Shown one piece after another: positions 6,232-15,700 of a stretch of 26,321 nt of DNA (within the stretch, counting starts at the first letter, position 1; each line of letters starts with the position of its first letter). Source of the DNA: an uncultured virus (IMG/VR IMGVR_UViG_3300044859_000256) (Duplodnaviria; Heunggongvirae; Uroviricota; Caudoviricetes); IMG/VR virus record IMGVR_UViG_3300044859_000256; one strand, 5' to 3'. Under the pieces are notes generated by a model. That model was not told the DNA's origin. It did no database searches and saw only the letters and a program-made list of their open reading frames with translations. Both the position numbers and the translations under genes were made by a program.

Positions 6232-6324
6232 CAAAGTCCGATAACTTTATCCCTCGCCACCAAGGTTATCGGACTTTGATCCCCACAGGTTATCGGACGC
6301 GCCACGCCCCTCAGGTTATCGGAC
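6232..6324. repeat. three direct copies of AGGTTATCGGAC plus one inverted copy
   Basis: Direct copies at 6263-6274, 6287-6298 and 6313-6324. Perfect 14-bp inverted repeat at 6232-6245 / 6265-6278. Confidence 0.9.
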
Positions 6325-6540
6325 ATGGCGGGATGACGGGGGGTTGCGCGGGGGGATTTAGGGGGGATACCCCTTCGCTAATTTTTGACCCCTCTAGTCG
6401 ATTTCTAGATTGAGTAGGGATCCCCCTAGCTTGCCCTGTGTGGGGTTGTTTGTGTTGATGTCCTCCGGTAGCCCCAGAGGGATCCGGGGACCCCATAGGA
6501 AATCGACAAGGGATTAACCGGGGGGTAAACCCCGGAGTGC
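6325..6540. other. probable genome terminus / terminal repeat region
   Basis: Non-coding, rich in G/C tracts and palindromes. Lies between the last structural gene and the early-type cluster. Inferred from podophage layout. Confidence 0.4.
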
Positions 6541-6555
6541 TCTATTCCTTAAATA

Positions 6556-6585
6556 ATCCTAGATCCCCTTTCGGGGACCTAGGAT
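6556..6585 (-). terminator. GNRA-capped hairpin, probable terminator of the structural operon
   Basis: ATCCTAGGTCCCC GAAA GGGGATCTAGGAT (13 bp, one G-U) followed by TATTT, downstream of the last structural gene. Confidence 0.65.
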
Positions 6586-6594
6586 CTGTATGTT

Positions 6595-6716
6595 TATATA
6601 ATATTAAAATTAACACTTAGGTTAACTAGGGTTACCCTTAGGTTACCTAAGGGACTATGTATTACTATATAATATAATAACATAATTTTAAAAACTTAAA
6701 GACAGTCTAGGTTACT
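6595..6716. repeat. AT-rich tract with short GGTTA(A)C repeats
   Basis: TATATAATAT at 6595 and 6666. GGTTA(A)C at 6620, 6630, 6641 and 6710. Inverted repeat CCCTTAGG/CCTAAGGG at 6635-6653. Confidence 0.7.
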
Positions 6717-6752
6717 CAAGGTATCCCTTAAGTATCTATCTAGTAGCCCCAA

Positions 6753-9700
6753 CTATTGGGCATTATCTAAGAGATCCCCTAGGGAACCTGATACACCCTT
6801 TGACATGTCTTCATAACGGACTCCGGCTTGGGCTGCTCTTGCCTTCTTAAGGGCTTGGGCTTCCAGCTCAAAGTTGCGGGGGGCAACCTTAGGTATCGGT
6901 GGTAACGACTGAGAAGAACTTTGTTTTCTTCCTTGGCTCTTTGCATAAGGATGTGGGTTCTTGTGAATCATGTTCATGTAGGTTTGCAATGTTCCCTTTT
7001 CTTCCAAAGCTCCTGAGACTTCTAGGGATCTAGCAGCCACAGCAATTGGACTTCGGTTTAACAAAGAGTTAACTGATGTGATATCACCAACTCCCTTAGC
7101 AACCTTCATGTAATCAACTTCTTCATCACCCGTGACTCCTTCTACAACTTCACTAACGCCTCTACCAATACTCTCTACAGCCCCGGTAGCAGCTCCCATA
7201 CCAATGGACTGCATTGGACTACCGTAGTACTTCCAAGTTCCACCAGACATGTAGCTCAGACCACTTAAACCAGCCTCTAGAGCACCAGACCACATTCCCA
7301 TGATAGGGGCAGACTTAGCTACACGGACAGCAAAGGCATGTGGGTTATCTGAGAACTCTTCAAGGATATCCTCGCCATCTCTTCCGGCTAGCCACTCACG
7401 GAGTAGACCGATAGTGGCATCCAATGTTCCATAGAGAACTATGTTAGCGGCTAAGTACCGAAGTGTATCGCGGCTACCATAATCCAGTATAACATTATCT
7501 TGGAACCCACGGATGTAGGAGCTAAGAGCATACCAGAGTTTACCAAGTGGTGTCTTGGAATCAATCGTAGTAACTCGACCTAAACCAATAGGTTCAGGTG
7601 TAGATGTCTTTACAATCAGATCTTCTAGGGCAAGTCCGTAAGAACTAATAACTTGCTCTAATACTTCTGGTTTAATCCCAGCAACAGGATGAGTCGTAGC
7701 ATGCCAATATACATCAACCATGTTGTGTAGATTAACCCGACCTTCACCCTTCTTGTCAACCTTCTTAATTAAATATTCAAGATGTTTAATCTTCTCGACA
7801 GAGTTTAAACCATACTTCATAAAGACTAGAGCTTCCTTTGGGTTGAACCCGAAGCCAGTCTTTCTAGCCAATGCATAGAATTGTTTACGGAGCTGATTCT
7901 CTGCTCCTGCGCTTGTTTCTGCAGCTGCCATATAGTCCTGCATGAGTTTCATCATAGCAGGATCTTCTAGGGCTACTAGTAGCTTTTGAATTCTACCTTT
8001 CTTAATATGACCATAGATCATACGCTGTAGTCGGACCTTAGCCATTGATCTGGTTATATTGGTGATCGCTTGTAGCGAACCAATAGTCTCAGCAACTCTA
8101 GCTCCAGACTCTAGAACACGAACGCCTCTATCCACAAGACCCGTTGCAGGGCGGGGATTAATAAATTTACCCTTGATCTTAGATCCAATTGTAGAATCTA
8201 ATTCAAATGCTCCTTGATTTGCTTCACCCAAGAATCGAGAACTAAACTCATACTTAATATTTTCTAGACCGAAGATCATATCCCCAAGCTCAGAGTTATT
8301 CATAAGAGAGTTCTTTGAGACTCGAAAGTCTCCGACCACAAACCTTAAAGTACTAATGAGATTACCCGGAAGATGTAAAGGATTTGACTTTAGAGTTTCC
8401 ATTATAAGCTCAGTCATTGCCCCAAGGTAGTAACCGGAAGCAACCTTAATCTTCATCAATGCCAATAGGCTTCTTGCAGCCGCTTGATCCTGATAAGGAA
8501 GCATAGGAAGAGTATCTGCATTAGATGCATACTCATCCTTAAGTCTTTGAATACCTTCCGTAACATCTTGGAGTCTTGCAGCTAGCTGTCCGGGTGTCCA
8601 GTTTTCAGCTTTAGCTATAGCCTCTATATCTCTTCTGGCTTCACTAGCTACATGAGGAAACACATCAGTGATTCTTACATTGCGAGAACCCATGAGTCTA
8701 TCAAGTTCTCTCTGGAAGATAAGTTCAAATACTCTACCATTCATAAAGTAATTATAAGACTCAGCTAGATTGGTTCTAATGTGTTTTAGAATAACAGGAT
8801 CGGATAGTACTTCTTCAGGAATCAAACCGGGAACAGCCAAAGCTGTCTCCGCTGCCTGATCAACTACCATCAGAGGTCTATCAATGTTAGTACCAGTGTT
8901 TCTCTGGTACTCACTGTATGCACCCTTCTTTGTCTTATAGTCTAACATCTCATTCATCTCAACTTCAATAAGCTCTCTACCCTTTAGGTAGTCTTGCCAC
9001 CGTTGGGTATACAAAGATTTATTGCCGTTGACTGCTTCAATGTAACGAACTCTATCGGCATCAGCTAGTTCACTAATGACCTTAGGCATTCGATATAATG
9101 TGATAACACCACTCTTATCATTTGTAAGAACAAAGTAATTCTGTGAGTCAGAACCATTAGCCAATGTAGCTAGAACACCTTTCTCACCAACAGTAATTGG
9201 ATGTTCAGATATCTTTAGACCAGCTAGAGTCTCAGGGCTAAAGCTCTGAGTTGACTCACCGGGTCTAAAGTCTCGCTTGCCAGCAAACAAGGCAGTACCT
9301 CTCGCCTCTTTTGATGGAGCAACGTCTAGCCAACCAAGAACAATAAGTGTATTGATGTCTAAGATTGGTGACTTTAACTTACGAGTTCTACGAGCCTTTA
9401 CAAGACCCGCTACAAAGAGAGCACGATCAGTTGGACTCATAGCTGAGAAGCTTTCATGGTTCAACTGAACTGGAGCATACTTCATAGGATCAAATGGCGT
9501 ACCATCAGCAGCATTGCTATTAAACAAACCTGTCTCATTCTGTAAACCTAATATAGTTTGATTGGTCTGTCTTGTAATTTGTAATAATGAATTAGCTTCA
9601 ACAGCTATTGACTTAGCTAGGTCTGGAGATAGACCAAGAGCAACAAGATCAGCAGGGGCAATAATAGTACCCTCTGAAAGCTTTGTATAACTTAGTACAC

Positions 9701-12700
9701 CAACAGCTCTAACCTTATCTAGAGCTAGTCCACTATCCTTTAACTTTTTATTGAGTAAGAGTTGTTGTCTAGCAATACGAGTAATCATCCGGGCTTCATC
9801 AGACTTACATTGTCTTGCAGTTCGGAAAGCTTCCTTACCTGCTCCAACTAAATGTCCTGACTGTGCTCGGTTGTCTTCAAACAAACGAGATAAGAATCGA
9901 ATATTCTTCTGTAGATTTCTAATGGTCTTACCAGTCTGACTAGCAGCCTGTGTTGCATTAGCCATCCAACTATTCATTGCTCTCCACCAGTTTCTAGATG
10001 CTCGTTCACTACCACCAAAGATTGCTCCAATAAGACTTCCTTGACGCAAGAGCACTGATGTACTTTGTTCGGAGTCCTTTGTAGCAGTATTAATGATTCT
10101 ACCCATATCACCTCTAGGTGTTTCTTTTATAGGTTCTAATGGAATAGTTTCTGGCGTAACTGGAACTTCCTCACCAGCCTTAGGGGCTGGAGCTGGAGTT
10201 GGCTCAGGTGGTACAGGCACAGGAGACTCTGCTTTAGTAGCATCACTTACTTTCTTTCGCGGAGTCTTAGACTCCTTGGCAACTAAAGTAAATGCAGTAG
10301 CATCCTCAGATGATTTAACAATATTTAATTCATCCAAAAGAATAGGAGGCATGTAAGCATCTCCAACTTCCTTAGCAGCAAGCACCATAAGCTGACGCTC
10401 TGATAAAGACTTGAAACCCGGAACAGTAGCAAGCTTCTGAACATTTTCAGCCCGTAGCTTATCTACCGCAATCCAGAACTTGGATATACCCTCATCACCA
10501 AAGACAGCTCTGTTAGCTTCAACAATTGCTTTGTTGATAGTAACAAACTTTGTCCACAGCGACAACAGCGTAGGAGAGTAAGTATCAACTGCCTTATCTA
10601 TATTCTTCATGCGTGTCCAGTAGTTCTTTAAGAATAACTTTAAGAACCCTTGGTCCATTCCATTGTCACGGAGTAGATCCTTATCATCATTAACAACCCG
10701 CTCTATTCTTTCTGTCTCAGTAGTCTTAACAACGTCTGATACAGTCTTTCGTGGAGCAGGGGGAGCAATGCCACCTGTCTTAGTAACTCTAACTGGTGCG
10801 CCTTCGCTGGCTGCAAGTGGAACCGGAGTTGAAGGTAAATCTTCCACAGGTGCTACAGCCGGAGCTGGAGTTGTGGTTGGTTCTACTACCTCAACCTTAG
10901 GAGGTTCAACGGCAGCTGTTACAGTCTTTATTGGCACACCTTTCTTAACCTTAATCTTTGTTACAGAAGGAACACCCGCCTTAACCTTAGTTTCAGTAAC
11001 ACCCTTAACAACTACAGATGCATCAGCTTGAATTGGCATTACTACACCGTCTGAGAAGACGAGAGCATCAACGCCCATTCTATCTGCAACCTTCATAGTG
11101 GATGCCATCTTAACTTCGTTAGCCATGAACTCAGCTGCGGTCATGGTCATTGTTAGTGGCTTCTTAGGAACAAACGACACAGCTTCTTTGGTTGACACAT
11201 CACTGTTTTCAATGATAGCATCAACTTGTTTCTCTGGTCGTAGTACAGCTTCTGGAACATTACCAGTAACTTCCGAAGTAGCTCTAAACAATGTACCCTC
11301 TTCCACCTTTGTAACAGGTGTCATAACTGGAGATGCATCGGTCTTTTTACTTCTAGCAGCCAAGGCTTGCTTCTCTAGCAAGCGACTTCCAGCATCAATA
11401 GGATTAGATACTTGCTTTGGAGTTGGCGCAGCTTCGGCTTGCTTAACAATCGCCTTAACTGACTCTGGCTTTTCTACTGCCTTAGTAACAACCTGATCCA
11501 TTTGCTTAACATGTGCTAGAAGAGAGTCTTGAGTTTCTACTAGTCTAGCCTTTGGATCATATTCAATAGCTTTACCAATAGCAACCATCTTATTATACAA
11601 CGCATTTCTGCGGTTGCCAATAGTTCTATCTTCTACTTTCTTACCAAGAAGCTCGGCTGACTTAGAAGCTAATTCTTTATCGGACTCAACCAATAGCAAG
11701 GCTTTAGCTAGCGTAACTTCTTCTGGAGTTAAGAGAGTATTGTTTGTGAGATTATTCCATGTTAATGCTCTGTCAAACATAATAGCACTAAATTCTTTAT
11801 CAGTAGTTGGTACAAACACACCAGCATTTTTACTCGGTACAGATCCTTCTTTGAGGATACCTTCTGCAGTTTCTCCTTGCTGATCTTTCTTACCAGCCTT
11901 ACCTTTTCTTTGTTCAGATAGAAAATCTCTTCTCTTAATTGTTCCAGCAAGACGAAGCAGATGCTTTACAGACGGTAACTTACCTGCTTCAATTCTCTTA
12001 ATGAGATATGGGCGGTTCTCATATAGAGGACCAAGTTCTTCGTCTGTAAGTTTGCCTTCTGTGAACAATCTAATAACAACATCATCTAGATTATCTACAG
12101 TAAGTTCTTCACTACCATCGGAAATAGCGGCAAGCGTTGCGGCTTCCTTTACCTTAGCTTCTTTTGCTGCAACTGCTTTCTTTGCCCTAGGCGTTTTAGC
12201 AGCCTTGGCAGCTTTACTTGGTTTCTTTGGTTTCTTAGTAGAAGGAAGTTCCCACTTACCAGAAGTTTCATTTAAGACAATACTACCACTAGTAATCATT
12301 GTGTGAATACCAGTTAAGAGTTTTTCAGGAGTCATGTTTGGAGTATCGCTTATCTTTTGAATCAATGCTGCATCAATGTTCTTAAGCAAAGTAGGAATAC
12401 TCAGATGAGTAATATCCTTGTTGCTTAGGAATGCAGCAATCGAATCAATAGCAATATCCTTGGAAGACCAGATAGGAAGATCCATGTCTCTTGTGATAAT
12501 AGGATCAGTAACACTGAATGTTCCTCTGTTGGAAGTAGATTTAATTTGTGGTTGTTCAAAGGCAATCCAAACACGGTGTCTTACACTATCTGCCTTTACC
12601 CGACCACCACCCATATGTGTGATGCCATCAATAGGAGATTGTTTAAACAGATCCATTACTATAGCAGAAACATAGTCATCACCATCTTCAACATAAGAAA

Positions 12701-15700
12701 TAATATTATCTTCTAGCTGTCTAAATGCTGATTCATTTGTATCAAACTGTTTTGTATAAGATGTTGGTTCAAGTACAAGACCTTTTGCCGTAATCATACC
12801 TTCAGATCCAAGAGGAAGTCCTAAAAATTCTTTTCTAGTAGTTTCTATCTGGCGTTCAATCTGAGCTAATAAGTCACCATTATATTTTAAACCGTCAGTT
12901 AACTTTTCTCTTAGCTCTGGTGAAATACGATAATTACTTACAACTGATGACCAAAGATTTCGATCAAACGGTGCATCCATATCAATTGGATTTTTGATAG
13001 ATAAGTAAACAGGATAAATAGAGGCTCCCTTACTAGGTCTTGTTCCCGGCTTAACTGCATACTCAGAAGCAATACTTGGATTAGCCGTAAAATAATAACC
13101 CGGACCAAACAAACCAAACTCAGGATTCTCTGGTAATTTAAACTGATCATAACCACCACTGCGTGTACCATGATACATAATCAATGGATTACCATTCTCA
13201 TCAACAACTTTACTACCATCAAAGTAAATCTTAAACTCAGGAGTTTCTTTAACGCGCTCTAAGAAAGCTTTACGGGTTTGATTGTTATCAACACCAGCAT
13301 CTATATCCCTACGAATATCGGGATCAAGTTTATTAAAGGTTCCTTCGTTGTAGACAGACTTAACTTGTTCTACCTTAAGGGCAATCCAGTAAGTATTACC
13401 CTCAGCCATTTTAATTTGATAACCATCATAACCCAAAGCTGCCACTGCTTTAGCCAAAGATGTATTAAAGATTGTTTGGACTGTTTCCCCATCAGCCATA
13501 TTTCCTAGGCGTGTGGCTTCCTTTAATGCATTATACTCTTCGGTTAAATTCTTTTCTTTTAATAGCTTGTAAACTTCCTGTAAGATTCTTTTTGGTTCTT
13601 TACTATAATCTAAAATCAAAGGATTAACAATACTAATAAATAAAGGAAAGAGGCGAGCACCCGTAGGTGCATTAGGTTGTCTTGGATTTACTAAAGCAAA
13701 GTTATTAGCAGTAGATGGATTGGTAGTTGTGTAAACACCACTTCCAAACATACCACCACCCAATTTAAATTTATTGAAGTCAACTAAGGTTGTTGTGCCA
13801 TGATAAACAATAATAGGCTTACCATTCTCATCAACAGCTTTGCTGTCCCCAAAGAACTTTTTGAACTCCGGTGTGGATGTAACTTCTTCAATGTAAGAAC
13901 GGTTTAAACCTTCGGTGTCAAAGACACCCTCTGCCTTGAGCGTATCAATGTAATGCTTATGATGTACCAGAGTAACCAGATGAGCAATATCTGCAAAGCC
14001 ATTATTTTTATAATAGTCTTTCAAGGTATGCATCAACGGTTGGTTCAAGTATGGATCATTTCTTACTTGCTCTAATAAAGCAAGTCTATCAGTTTCACTA
14101 AGACTATTCTTAGCAGTTCCTTCAACAGACTTGTCTAGCAGTTCAATAAGCGAAGTAGCTTTGGTTCCCCAGAAGGTGTGTGAGTATCGACTAGGTTTAT
14201 TTAGAGGATCTAAATAATTAGTAGCTTGCATCTGGGCTAGACCACGATCTTCATAAGTAGCAGCTAAGATGGTTTCAACACCACCCTGAACCGACTCAAA
14301 AGATTCGGCTCCCATGCTAAACAATCTTCGTTGCATGAACTTGATACGATCCTTTTTACTCATTCCAACTAGTTGTGCATAGTCTGGAGTAGTAAGTAAG
14401 AAGGCAGTTTTAATAAGCATAGACCCAAACTGGGTTTGCTTATATGTACTATAGACATCAACCAAGTCTTTCATATATACAGTAGGATTGCCCTTCATGT
14501 CAATAGCTTGTCTACCATTGCTCTTTAGGATTGTCAGTGCAACAATTAGAGAAGGATCTCTCTCACCTCTCATAATGAGATTATATTCACCACTAGTTAA
14601 CATAGCTCTCTTAACAACTTCTGGACTATGCTCTGGTAGATTCTTAATCATCCAGTCTTTTACAAAAGTATTAAACACATTAGGGGCAATATCACTTGAT
14701 ACTGTCTGTGCATTTACTGCAGCTGCATATGCTCTTGATAAGTCTGGAACAGAGATAGCTTTAGATGCAGCCGTATCCATTTCAGTCAGACGATTAATCA
14801 AACCATTAACAACAGTGTAATGATCTGAAGTATCAAACATACTGGCTGCAAGTATGATCCCCTGTTCCATGCTGTTGATGATAGATCTAAAAGAAGATAC
14901 TTCAATTGGAGCCATCTGTGATACAGCAAGCTGTGCTTCAGTAAATAGAATCTTTGAGAAGGACTGAACAAATACTTCTTCAGCATTCTGAAGATGATAC
15001 ACACTCAGGAAGTTAGCGGAGAGTAATGGATCAGACATATTAGCCACATCTAGATTCAATAAGGATGGTCCATAGTTTCGAGTGAGACTATTGTACATCT
15101 TTAGATTGTCTACATAGATATCAGCTGTTGCACTTGATTGGAAATAAGCATGTCCAATTTCATGCAAGACTGTGATAGCTCTTCGCTCTGAATCATTACC
15201 AATCCATAAGCTGTTCATTACTATTGTCTTATTCGCTGCGGAGTAAGCACCAATTGTGGTGTACTCAATGTTCCCATCCACATCTAGAATTGGTTCAATC
15301 TTAAAGTCTACTGCAAAAGCCTTGGAGTCAAAGTTTAAATGAACTACAGAAGCCAATAGAATAGCTTGGTCAATTTCATTAATGATTTCATTCTCTACTA
15401 AATCATTGGTGAACTGAAAGAACTTCTCAGCATTGACTTGGTTACCAGAAACTAATGAAGAGAACTTATTAATGTCATCCTTAAGTGCGTTGATCAAAGC
15501 CATTCGCTTTGGATTCAACTTCTTAATCTTAAGGGCTTCCTTAATTGAGTTTGTCAGTCTATTGGATGGCTTACGAGCCACTCCACTAATGTCTGCCTTT
15601 AGGGCTTCAACAGTACTTGGACTGACTGTGCCAGTAATAGCAACTTCAGTGATTGCGGCATCAAGAATATCTAAGACTTCCTTTGGAAGATCAGCACGGA

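Noticed and set aside
6232..6324. Mini CRISPR array
   Set aside because: The repeats are 12 bp with 12-14 bp spacers, far too short, and there are no cas genes.
6078..6496. ORFs 6078..6413 (+) and 6311..6496 (-)
   Set aside because: They run through repeats and palindromes, have atypical composition and lack a convincing SD. The region is better explained as non-coding.
11677..11685. Extra TTATCGGAC copy inside the giant gene
   Set aside because: A single 9-mer within coding sequence, compatible with chance.
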